A DNA stretch of 63,695 nucleotides from Octopus bimaculoides. Lineage: Eukaryota. The notes below the pieces were generated by a model. It was given only the letters and a program-made list of their open reading frames with translations, did no database searches and had not been told where the DNA came from. Each line of letters begins with the position of its first letter. Position 1 is the first letter of the stretch. Where the stretch lies: NCBI RefSeq assembly GCF_001194135.2, contig NC_068994.1, positions 38,640,752 to 38,704,446 on the forward strand, written 5' to 3'. The translations under genes were made by a program, and so were the position numbers. Of this stretch, positions 1-11,169 are shown one piece after another.

Positions 1-48
<48 letters not shown>

Positions 49-879
49 TGTATGTATATTTATATATATGTATAAGTTCTATCAAGTAAGTCAAGTAGGT
101 CCTTAGAATGAGATCTTGAAAAGACCAATGTTTGATAGAAAGCTTGCTCTGTTTCAGTTGCAAAACCTTTTAATATTTGTTCATACCAAGAGCATCCGTT
201 GTAGTGACCATTATCATCCTTATCATCATAGTCCTTTTAATGTCTATTTTTCTACGTCTGCATGGGTCAGATGAGAATATGCAAAAGGGAGAAATAGGTC
301 ACATATTTTACTAAGCTAATTCAGAAGCTTCTTTTTCATTGGTTGAAGCAAGATCCAACTTGTGGGTTGTATGTTTGATACCCTGATCTTTGATAACTAG
401 ATATAGAAGGGGGCTATTACATGATTGCTTGAATTCCTAGAAATAGCAACTAAATCTCTGTTAAATCACACCTTATTATTTTTAGAATGAAAAGAAACAT
501 TAGAGAATGCTGTCCCATATAACCTTAAAAATGATGTGATGGTTCTTGCTGAAACACCCTTTATCATCATAGGATTGCTTGATCAGATTTGGGACCAAAC
601 AACAACAACAACATGGAGCGATATCTTAGCTGGACACTTAACTAACTCAAACTAAAACAAAGGAAAAACAAAGGAATTGGGATTTTATGTAAATAACATT
701 GTGGCCAATCTGAGTGACTTATGGATGTAGCTGTTTGCCTTAACACTGGCATTTATTTTTATGATACAGGAGGAAATTACTGAGGTTGATTCAATTACAA
801 CTCACTTTTAACTTTACTTCTTTCATCATGAACCCATTCATTTATGTGTTAACTATTTTGAATCTGCAGGGTAAACAAC

Positions 880-1437
880 AGAAAATCATTACAGAAAAAA
901 ACAGCATAGGAAAAATGTTTCAAAGGTAAAATTTTACCAGCAAATGTTATAGATAAGTCAGAGGAAAAATGTTACTGAAAAATATTACTGAGGATTGTTA
1001 TTGAAATATGTCACAGTAAAGAAATTGAAGGAAAAATATCTCAGAAAAGAATCACATGAAAATATGCCCTAGACTAAAATCGTGGAAATAAAAAATAACA
1101 GAAAAATGGTCACAGAAAAACGAACACTTAAAAATTTCACTGCAAAAGGTCAGAAAACAGTCATAGATATAAGGTCATGGAAAAAGTCACAGAAAAGAGG
1201 TCACTGAAAAATGTCATAAAAAGCAGTCGCTGAAAAAGGTCATGGAAAAAGTCACAGAAAAGAGGTCACTGAAAAATGTCATAAAAAGCAGTCACTGAAA
1301 AAGGTCATGGAAAAAGTCACATAAAAAAGGTCACTCAAAAATGTCACAGAATACACCCATGGAAAGAAGTCACAGAAATGAAGCCGTCTCAGAAAAACTT
1401 CACAGAAAAACAGCCAGTAAAAAAAAAAAAAGAAAAA
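880..1437. repeat. Degenerate ~13-bp satellite (GAAAAAGGTCACA-like) with a 65-bp higher-order unit at 1171, 1236 and 1301
   Basis: aaggtcatggaaaaagtcac recurs at exact 65-bp spacing; each unit holds five 13-mer variants; the array runs into an N gap. Confidence 0.85.
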
Positions 1438-2193
1438 NNNNNNNNNNNNNNNNNNNNNNNNNNNNNNNNNNNNNNNNNNNNNNNNNNNNNNNNNNNNNNN
1501 NNNNNNNNNNNNNNNNNNNNNNNNNNNNNNNNNNNNNNNNNNNNNNNNNNNNNNNNNNNNNNNNNNNNNNNNNNNNNNNNNNNNNNNNNNNNNNNNNNNN
1601 NNNNNNNNNNNNNNNNNNNNNNNNNNNNNNNNNNNNNNNNNNNNNNNNNNNNNNNNNNNNNNNNNNNNNNNNNNNNNNNNNNNNNNNNNNNNNNNNNNNN
1701 NNNNNNNNNNNNNNNNNNNNNNNNNNNAGCATAGAACATTTCTTTATTAGAGTGTATACTAAGGAGATTTTTATTATTCTCTCTAAAATAATCATATAGT
1801 TTAAGTGATTCGAAGAGAGATTGCTAATTATTAATTGCAAAAGATATGCTTTTCCTCAAGGACATTAAAGAGAAGTAGGAGAGGAGAAAATAAAATAATT
1901 AAAACTGTAACTTGTAAATAGGTTCTCAAAATGTTATTCTGATTCGCTTTATTTTCACTCGTCAAGGAACAACACACACAATCCCCCCCCAAAAAAAGCG
2001 GCAATGGGAATAAAGGGAGGCAACTTTTACGAGACTCGCATGTCTTCTTTTTAAATATTCTGTATTTGGTGGCACATGGTTCTAAGGCGTGCTGAATATT
2101 TTGCTAAGCATTTTGCTTGACGTCCAAATGATTCTGTTAGTTCACCATAATAATAATAATAATATTATTATTATTAATAATAATAATAATAAT

Positions 2194-2599
2194 ATGAGCA
2201 AATATAAAGATCTTGAAATAGAAATTAGCAAAATGTGGAATCTGAAGACGGAAACAATACCTATTGTCATAGGTGCCCTGGGAATGACAGCGAAACGGGC
2301 TGATTACTACCTAGCTCAGATACCAGGAAACCCCAAAATGGCTGAAGTTCAAAAGATAGTACTCATGGGAGCAGCCCATATCCTACGTAAAATACTGTCT
2401 ATGTGATCTCAAACTTTAAAACAAACACATAATTTTCTTATGCTTTCTTAAACATTCACTAGAACAAAACTGTACAAATCCAAATATATGGTACCCTAGG
2501 CATAACACCTACATGAAACTTCTAACTTGTTGTCTCTTGAGGTCTCTGGGTGAGACTTGGATCCAACTTGTACAAATGCAAAGCAAAAGTCAAACATAA

Positions 2600-2600
<1 letters not shown>
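2194..2600 (+). mobile_element. 5'-truncated R4/Dong-like non-LTR retrotransposon (C-terminus of restriction-like endonuclease plus 3' UTR) in a (TAA)n tract
   Basis: KYKDLEIEISKMWNLKTETIPIVIGALG...VQKIVLMGAAHILRKILSM* matches the RLE C-terminal pattern; (TAA)n on both sides. Confidence 0.8.
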
Positions 2601-2628
<28 letters not shown>

Positions 2629-2630
<2 letters not shown>

Positions 2631-3092
2631 GTTTCAAATTTTGCCACAAGGGCAGCTATTTTGCGGGGAGGGGATGGGTCAACTACATCAACCACTGTGT
2701 TTCACTAATACTTAATTTATTGACCCCCGAAAGGATGAACGGCAAAGTCAAGCACGGCAAAATTTGAACTCAGAACGTAGCACCAGATGAAATACCGCTT
2801 AGCATTTCGCCCTGCATGCTATGGTTCTGCCAGCTCGCTGCTTTAATAATAATAATAATAATCCTTTCTACTATAGGCACAAGGCCTGAAATTTGGGGAG
2901 AGGGGGCTAGTCGATTACATTGACCTCCAGTGTTTCACTGGTACTTAATTTATCAACCTGAAAGGATGAAAGGCAAAGTCGACCTTGGTGGAATTTGAAC
3001 TCAGAACAGAATGTAGCATCAGACGAAATACCGCTTAGCATTTTTGCCTGGCGTTGTAATGATTCTGGCAGTTCACTGCCTTAGCAATAATG

Positions 3093-3139
<47 letters not shown>

Positions 3140-3470
3140 CCTTTCTACTAAAGGCACAAGGCCTGCAGTTGTGGGGGAGGGGACTAGTATTTCATTGGTA
3201 CTTAATTTATCGACCCCGAAAGGATGAAAAGCAAAGCTGACCTCAGCATAATTTGAACTTAGAATGTAGTGGTAGACGAAATACTGCTAAGCATTTTGCC
3301 CAGCATGCTAACAATTCTGCCAGCTCACCACCTATAATAATAAGTCTTTCTACCATAGGCACAAGTCCTGAAATTTGTGGGAGGGGATTGTCAATTACAT
3401 CAACCCCAGTACACAACTGCTACTTATTTTATCGACCCCAAAAGGATGAAAGTTAAAGTCGACCTTAGCT
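2629..3470 (-). mobile_element. Four tandem copies of tRNA-derived SINE family A (about 2629-2843, 2861-3082, 3139-3330, 3344-3470), the first three followed by (AAT)n and the last junction by a short ataataataa
   Basis: Each copy has the sense core ctttgcctttcatcctttcggggtcgataaattaagtacc; copies 1-3 also have a GAGTTCAAATT B-box-like motif; copy 4 is 5'-truncated. Confidence 0.85.
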
Positions 3471-3689
3471 ATTAATAATCACTGTAGACATTTCTGTACT
3501 AACCTGACCTTACTTGACCTCACCTGATCTAGCATTGATAATATATACTGTAAGGAAAAGAACAGTTTAAATAATGCTTGGATGACACTGGTTCTGGGGG
3601 ACTTCATATATGGATACAGAAGTAGGAACGCACAGACAATCACAAATTCACTTGAAAGACACACAGACACATACAGATGCATACGTCAT

Positions 3690-4098
3690 TACTCTTTTAC
3701 TCTTTTACTTGTTTCAGTCATTTGGTAGTGGCCATGCTGGAGCACCGCCTTTAGTCAAGCAAATCGACCCAGGACTTATTCTTTGTAAGCTTAGTATTTA
3801 TTTTATCGGTCTCTTTTGCTGAACCACTAAGTTATGGGGACGTAAACACACCAGCATTGGTTGTCAAGGGATGTTGGGGGGACAAACACAGACACACAAA
3901 CATATACACACACATACATACATATATATACATATATACGACGGGCTTCTTTCAGTTTCCATCTACCAAATCCACTCACAAGGCTTTGGTCAGCCCGAGG
4001 CTATAGTAAAAGACACTTGCCCAAGGTGCCATGCAGTAGGACTGAACCTGGAACCATGTGGTTGGTAAGCAAGCTACTTACCACACAGCCACTCCTGC
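3690..4098 (-). mobile_element. tRNA-derived SINE family B with internal TA/CA microsatellite
   Basis: Sense head gcaggagtggctgtgtggtaag...ggttccaggttcagtcctactg, then ggcaccttgggcaagtgtc, and a tail ending gaaacaagtaaaagagtaaaagagta; more than 15 related copies in the window. Confidence 0.85.
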
Positions 4099-4103
4099 AT
4101 CAT

Positions 4104-5800
4104 TGTTATAATCCTTAAGATGTTGGATTGTTATAACACCCACTTTGGTATACAGTATACTTAGTAAAACCAGCAAAGACATGACTATCTATGATCACCT
4201 AACTATGTGCTTTGGTACTTCATATAGTTCTCTTTACTTATAGTGTCTAGGTTATTCCATTCGACATGTAAGAGGGGTGTACTATTATTACTAATTCCCT
4301 ATGACATCCCCCCTTTTAAGCTTTTCTTTGGAAATGTCATTTTATTTAATGATTTTTTTTTATTCACCCCCACCTCTCATTTTAAAGTTATTTTTTCATA
4401 CAATTTAATATTTTGTGCACTTGGCATTTGTTTTCAGGCCCTCTGTGTTTTCTTTTCCTTTCACTTATATGCCTGGGTTCAACCACCTATGTGACGTTGG
4501 TACTTGGAATGTGTCACACAACCATTCCATCGGTTCCTCCAACTTCTTTGGTTCACTTTCCACAAATTTCTTTTCCAGTTGGTTCCTGTGTCTCTTTTGT
4601 ATACCTTTTCTACTTTTTACCCAATACATCATTTTACCTATGCATTTGGTAATTATGCCATCTTCTCAGCTCTACTTTCCATTCTTGTATGCCCTCATAT
4701 ACACCCTTTCATCAACTTTAAAGAATCTAGCTATCTCATCCCTAGCACTTTTTCTTTTCTTGTCAGGTAGCAATTTATCAAAGACTGATTTTACTTTCTT
4801 TGCAAACATCAGCTCTGCTGGTGAGCTACCTGCTGGTGCATTCAGTTTTGTTTCACATGGTACACTCTTCAGAATAGTTGCAGAGCTACCTCATCTGTGA
4901 CTTCCTTATTCGACTTTCTTAGCGCTCTCTTGTTCCAGCTTTGCAAGAATTCTAGTACTAACTTCTGCATTCTTTTTGGCAGTAAGGCATTTGAACATAT
5001 CTGGCATTAATTCATCTAGTTTAAACTTCTTGCATTCTCTGTTTACTCTACCAGCATATGTGATGTAGTTCTTGTCATTGTTTTTCTTTATGTTCAACCA
5101 CTTCTAGCTTGTGTTGAACAATGAACTTTTTTCACTGAGAATTTTACACAATATATCTATTGTGTCGTTAAAGTTTATGTCTGAAGGTTTTCTTATGAGT
5201 ACATAATTACTGTATCGTTCATGTTTTGTTGCTGCCAGTTTTCTCAAGATTAAGCTTGTTTTCATCTCATCATCTCAATCTTTACATTCTTTCTTGAAGA
5301 TTTGCTCATATCTTCTGTAGTATGTTTTGTCAGGTTCGTATTTGAACTCTGTTATGGAGTTTGCAACATAGTCTGTCAAGAACATTTTTTCTGACTTTCT
5401 TGACGACTTCAGTAATTGCAAATTTGTTGCTGTAATAGTAATTGTTGTTGTTGTTGCTGTTTTTGTAACTCAAGCAAAACTGCCAACAAATTTTTTTTTT
5501 TTCATAAAATTCACACAACAATACTTTATGAGTTTGTAAACTTCTCGCGAGTTGTTAATTCGTTGTGAGTTGTTAATTCCTTGTAGAGTTTATAAATTCT
5601 TGATGAGTTGTTTAAGTTCTCATCACCACTGTTATAATCCTAGTAAAACCAGCAAAGACACTACTATCTCTGACCACCTACTACATACACTGATACTTCA
5701 TGTACTTCTCTTTACTTATAGTGACTAGGTTATTCCATTTGTCAGGAATTCTAGTTGTCATATGGGAGGAGTGTACCACTATTACTAATTCCCTACAACA
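4104..5800 (-). mobile_element. Internally deleted Ty3/Gypsy LTR retrotransposon: LTRs 5630-5800 and 4104-4306, decayed gag fused to integrase C-terminus
   Basis: TG...CA direct repeats; PBS-like TGGTGATGAG next to the 5' LTR; PPT AGGGGGGA at 4314-4307; flanks atcat/accat; gag-like ANSITEFKYEPD..YYRRYEQIF and YAGRVNRECKKFKLDELMPDMFKCL; integrase-like NAPAGSSPAELMFAKKVKSVFDKLLP. Confidence 0.88.
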
Positions 5801-5825
5801 ACCATTTACAGTCAAATATACATAC

Positions 5826-6215
5826 ATTTACACACTGCATTTTCATCCACAACTGATTCATAGTTTAGGAGTTCAGAGAAGTGTTCAATCCAGTGACCTG
5901 TGATTTCTGTTGATTTAGTAAATAGAGTAGAAGACTCCTTGGAAAGCAAAGGAGCTGATGTGGAGCTCTTAGACCCATAAACTTGCTTCATAAGATGGTA
6001 AAGCTTCTTGCTGTCATTTGCATCAGCAGTAGCCTGAACATCACGAGCAAGATCCTCCCACCAAGTGTTCTGCATCTTCCTGAGAGATTGCAGCAATTGT
6101 GATTTTACCCTGCAAGTGCTAGATTTCGCTGCACAGCTGAAAGTCCTCTGTGCAGCAATATATTGTGGGCATGGCACTTTACAGCCAATAGTCGCTGACT
6201 GCCAGTTTTCCATGC
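5826..6215 (-). mobile_element. RTE-clade LINE ORF2 fragment (between endonuclease and RT)
   Basis: LRKMQNTWWEDLARDVQATADANDSKKLYHLMKQVYG...ITGHWIEHFSELLN is typical RTE/BovB-like sequence. Confidence 0.8.
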
Positions 6216-6868
6216 ATGTATACATATGAAGGTATGAATACATGTATACATGCATGCATACATGCATGCATACATAAATAAGTATGTATGTACATGCATA
6301 CATACATACAGACGTATATACATACATACAGACATATGTACATACATACAGACAGACAGATAGACAGATAATGTGTATATACATATGCATAAATGCATAG
6401 ATACATATATATATATATAGTGTATAGCAGAGAAAGATATACACAGCAATGAGAAAATCTAAACAACTGGTGCATGCAGACAAAAATACCTTGTATTTAT
6501 ACCTGTGTTGCACTGGTATTCACTCTTTTATAACTTCTTTAACTGGAAATGCAGTTAACCTATCGTTATCCTTTTGGAAACTTACAACATTGTTCACACT
6601 ATGTATCACCCCACCCCCCCACACACACAAACACACACATGTGTTTGAGTCTTAAGGTAGCTGTAGTTTTGAAACTGTATTATATCCTTATTTGGTGATA
6701 TTGTGGAATGGTTACAATGATAGGTTTACTAGCTCATAAATCTTGTGTTTGAATTCTTTTTTAGCTTTCCACTGTGTTTTGCTTGAATTTTTCATTTTAA
6801 ATTATGTCAGTTACCATTGCATTGCTATTAGTATGCATTTTTTCTTTCTTTCTGCACTGCTTCCACAG

Positions 6869-7030
6869 CCAATGCAGTGTAATGATTTTTTTGTTCAGTT
6901 TGACTTGTCTAAAGAAGCAATTACATTCCATGAAAACTGTAGAGTAACAGCCCACAGGACTGGCTTAAATAAACTACTGCACTCTACATTTGTATTGAGT
7001 ACTTCCTCCCCAGATCATTACCTAACAATG
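6869..7030 (+). CDS. Candidate internal coding exon (54 aa, phase 0-0) of an unidentified plus-strand gene: PMQCNDFFVQFDLSKEAITFHENCRVTAHRTGLNKLLHSTFVLSTSSPDHYLTM
   Basis: Acceptor tttttctttctttctgcactgcttccacag, donor ATG|gtatgt, open in only one frame, non-repetitive; an alternative in-frame acceptor lies at 6899. Confidence 0.6.
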
Positions 7031-7090
7031 GTATGTATTTGATAAGCACTAATAAAGAAATATCCCTAAATAATAGTGAACAAATTTGAA

Positions 7091-7091
<1 letters not shown>

Positions 7092-7143
<52 letters not shown>

Positions 7144-7303
7144 TCACTGCCTGGAATCAAACTTGGAATCTTGGGGTTAGTAGCCTGCGCTTTTAACCAC
7201 TACACCATATGCCCGTGGTGTAGTGGTTAAGAGCGCAGGCTACTAACCCCAAAATTCCGAGTTCGATTCCAGGCAGTGACCTGAATAATAATAATAATAA
7301 TAA
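7092..7303. mobile_element. Palindrome of two head-to-head tRNA-like SINE heads (arms 7140-7207 and 7216-7283) with outward (ATT)n/(AAT)n tails
   Basis: Arms are reverse complements over 68 bp with about 4 mismatches around an 8-nt spacer; the right arm has A box TGGTGTAGTGG and B box GAGTTCGATTCC. Confidence 0.85.
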
Positions 7304-7421
7304 CATTGAAAAATTTGAACATATTTATGTTTTTAATATAACATGTACTTTTTGAATCCTGCCCACATGAAAGGAAATATGTGCTGGATACTATTAGACT
7401 GCACCATTTTAAATGTTAGAG

Positions 7422-7524
7422 TTTCCACCATCAGTACTTTCCACCATCAGTACTTTCCACCATCAGTACTTTCCACCATCAGTACTTTCCACCATCAGTA
7501 CTTTCCACCATCAGTACTTTCCAC
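7422..7524. repeat. Perfect 16-bp minisatellite (TTTCCACCATCAGTAC) x6.4
   Basis: Identical units start at 7422, 7438, 7454, 7470, 7486 and 7502. Confidence 0.95.
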
Positions 7525-7561
7525 TACTAATATAGTAGTATATGTATGTTACATACATATA

Positions 7562-7737
7562 AGAGGGATGACCACTAAGTGGACATCCAATCATTATATT
7601 TTGTATCTTTTCATTTGTCTTGCTCGCTTACGTTCTGGTGTTTGCTGAATTTTCTTGAGAACAATCTTTTCTTAGTGGTCAGATCATATGGAGTCTACAT
7701 CTAGCATATTGGATGTCCACTTAGTGGTCATCCCTCT
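7562..7737. mobile_element. Tc1/mariner-type MITE, 176 bp, with perfect 30-bp TIRs and TA target duplication
   Basis: agagggatgaccactaagtggacatccaat (7562-7591) is the exact reverse complement of 7708-7737; TA on both sides. Confidence 0.85.
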
Positions 7738-8329
7738 TATATGCATATTATATACATATATATATATTTTAATTTTTAATAAATTGAATTTAATTGAGAT
7801 TTTACCTGTAAATTTGGATTTTTATCCCTATTATTATTATTATTATTATTATTANNNNNNNNNNNNNNNNNNNNNNNNNNNNNNNNNNNNNNNNNNNNNN
7901 NNNNNNNNNNNNNNNNNNNNNNNNNNNNNNNNNNNNNNNNNNNNNNNNNNNNNNNNNNNNNNNNNNNNNNNNNNNNNNNNNNNNNNNNNNNNNNNNNNNN
8001 NNNNNNNNNNNNNNNNNNNNNNNNNNNNNNNNNNNNNNNNNNNNNNNNNNNNNNNNNNNNNNNNNNNNNNNNNNNNNNNNNNNNNNNNNNNNNNNNNNNN
8101 NNNNNNNNNNNNNNNNNNNNNNNNNNNNNNNNNNNNNNNNNNNNNNNNNNNNNNNNNNNNNNNNNNNNNNNNNNNNNNNNTATATATGATTCAAATGTAC
8201 AGTGAGCAAAAAAACAAAGGCAGGTGAAGGAACAACAAACAGGCATATTATTTTGATGCTCAGGAAGGATGTAAGTCTTTGATGTTTTGAACCTATGCTC
8301 TTCGACAGGAAGGGATGAGAGGAAAAAGA

Positions 8330-8365
<36 letters not shown>

Positions 8366-8739
8366 CAACCTTTGACAACTGGTGTTGATTTGTTTGTCCC
8401 CATAGCTTGGTGGTTTGGCAAAAGAGACTGATAGAATAAACAGTAAGCATTAAAACAATAAATGGGATTGATTTGTTTGACTAAAATTCTTAAAGGCAGT
8501 CACCAGCATGGCCACAGTCTAATGATTGTAACAGTAAAAGATAAAAGCTAAACGCTATGTGTGTTTATGTGTGTGTGTGTGTGTGTGTGAGTGTGTCGCC
8601 ACCCCCATCACTTAACAACCAACATTGGTTTGTTTACATCCCCATAACTTAGCAGTTCAGCAAAAGAAACTGATAGAATAAGTGCCGGATTAAAAAAGAA
8701 AAAGTACCGAGGTCGATTTGTTTGACTAAACATTCAATG

Positions 8740-9085
8740 CCTTATTTGTAATGCTATTGGTCCTGATCTATCTTCTAAATTGGATTCACTCTTTCGTCAT
8801 TGTCGTGTGGCTTCATGGTCTCTTTTCTATAAGTATTTTCATTGACATTGTTCAGCTGAACTCTCTTCCTTGGTTCCTCCTTTAAGAACTTATCAGCAAT
8901 CAACTAGACTTCCATCCAGTTTTCATCAATATACTGTGCAACCTCCTAAGTGTTGGAAAGCACCTTACAGTACCAGTTTCTTTCCTCGCAACTCAAATTC
9001 CCTTCCACAGTCATGTTTTCCTCTTCAATATGACCTCCGGTCTTTTAAGTCTAATGTACATCGTCACCTATTGACGTCTGTCTAG
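8740..9085 (+). mobile_element. CR1/Jockey-group LINE, decayed 3' end of ORF2
   Basis: LFRHCRVASWSLFYKYFH*HCSAELSSLVPP...SFFPRNSNSLPQSCFPLQYDLRSFKSNVHRHLL* matches the usual C-terminal pattern. Confidence 0.8.
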
Positions 9086-9640
9086 TGTTCTTTTTATTCT
9101 AGTAGCTCTTACATTTTCAGTGGTCTAAGGACCTTGTAATGAGTGAATGCTTTACCAAAGGAAAAAAAACAAAAAACAATTCAAGATGTGTCCCAGTATG
9201 ACCACAATCCAATGACAGAATCAAGTTTAAAATAATACAAAAAAATGCATCTATCTAAACCATGCAAGCAGAAAAAAACAAAGCATGTTAAAAAGGGATG
9301 ATGATGATGATAATGTTAATAATGTTAAAAATTTATGCATGCTAATATCGTTTGCTGATGCTTATCATTAAAAGATATACACATGACAGAGAAAAACCAA
9401 TTAACTGGTGCTTTTCAATAAAAAAAAATTCTCTTCTGTGATGTTTGTTTCTTTGTCACTCTGGCCATTGGAAATTGGGTAAATCAGTGATGAGCTTACT
9501 TTTTTTTGATTTGTTCAAGTCACTGGCTTGTGGTCATACTGGAGTACTGTCAGGAAGGGATTTGGTCAAATATATCAATTCCAGTACTTATTTTCTAAGT
9601 TTGGTACTTTTATTAATGTGTATTTGTCAACGGTGAAGGG

Positions 9641-10125
9641 GCATGGCTTAGTGGTCAGGGTGTTGGGCTCACAATTATGAGGTAGTGAGTTTGATTCCTG
9701 GACCAGGTTATGTGTTGTGTTCTTGAGCAGGACGTGGCATGTAAAAGCACCCACTACACTCTCGGAGTGGTTGGCGTTAGGAAGGGCATCCAGGTGTAGA
9801 AACTCTGCCAAATCAGATTGGAGCCTGGTGTAGCCATCTGGTTTCACCAGTCCTCAGTCAAATCGTCCAACCCATGCGAGCATGGAAAGTGGATGTTAAA
9901 CGATGATGATGATGATGTTCCAGTTTACTTAACTGCAGAAATGATTTGCAACATCACTAGTGCCAAGTTGTATCCCCCTTTGCCTTTCCCTTGGACAACA
10001 TCAGGCTGGTATGCATGGACAACTGATGGTCTTTCATAAACAACTTTGCCCAGACTTGTGCCTTGGAGAGAAACTTTCTAGGTGCAATCCCATGGTCATT
10101 CATGACTGAAGGGGATCTTTATCCA
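9641..10125 (+). mobile_element. tRNA-headed SINE (family D-like head) interrupted by a 3' fragment of family C (about 9735-9917, (GAT)n tail)
   Basis: Head tggcttagtggtcagggtg...gagtttgattcctgg; insert ggttggcgttaggaagggcatcc...gttaaacgatgatgat. Confidence 0.7.
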
Positions 10126-10134
10126 TTACCCATT

Positions 10135-10555
10135 ATTTGTCAATGGTTGTGTGGTATGAATTTGCTTCCCAACCATATGGTTCCAGATTCAGTCCTACTG
10201 TGTGGCACCTTGGGCAAGTGTCTTCTACTGTAGCCTTAGGTTGACCAAAGCCTTGTGAGTTTATTTAGCTGAGGGAAACTGAAAGAAGCCTGTCGTGTGT
10301 TTGTATGTATGTGTATGCATTTGTGTTTGTGTCTCTGTTTGTTCCCCTGCCCTGCTTGATGAGTGTTGATGTTTACATCCCCTGTAACTTAGCAAGAGTT
10401 TGGCAAAAGTGACCAATAGAATAAGTACAAGGCTTAAAAAAAGAGGAAAAAATAATAAATACTGGGGTTGATTCACTGAAATAAAAATTCTTCCAGGTGG
10501 TGCTCTAGCATGGCTGTAGTCTAATGACTGAAACAAATAAAAGATAAAAGATAAA
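10135..10555 (+). mobile_element. SINE family B copy
   Basis: Head, ggcaccttgggcaagtgtc core and aaagataaaagata tail are all present. Confidence 0.8.
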
Positions 10556-11018
10556 CCCAAATGCAGTTGTTTTTTTCAGTCTCAATATAAAGACAGATAT
10601 AGAGAAAAGCACACACACACACACACGTGCATGTGTGTATGATAGTGTTCTGCACAGTTTTCATCTATGAATTTCAGTCATGAGGCATAAGTTGGTTTAA
10701 GGTATTTGCACAAAACGCTACACAGTGGAACAACAGCCAGGACCATGTGGTGGTTGTTGGGCGAACTTCTTAACTACAACTTTACAGCCAAGTGTGTGCT
10801 TTTGTATGCTTGTTGGAAACCTGTAATGAAGGATGCTATTGTTCACAAATGTGATATAACATAAATAAAAAAAAAAAGAGACAGATAAGTAAATAAATAA
10901 ATAAATAAATATATAGATAATATAGATAATATAAATAAGCTGACGTTTCCTGTAACAGTAAATAACAGAATCACGCATCAAACATCAAACATATACACCA
11001 ATACCTAACAATGGAAAC

Positions 11019-11075
<57 letters not shown>

Positions 11076-11169
11076 TGATGATGATGAAATGAATAAATAT
11101 ATAAATATATAAATGAATAAATAGAAGAATTAGAGTAAAAAAAATCAACAATTCGTATCCGAGAACCTG

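Noticed and set aside
7216-7283. Functional tRNA gene (anticodon-like ACT)
   Set aside because: The anticodon and acceptor stems pair poorly and an (AAT)n tail follows, so it is a SINE head.
7422-7524. CRISPR-like array
   Set aside because: Contiguous repeats with no spacers, in eukaryotic DNA; the same applies to the other minisatellites.
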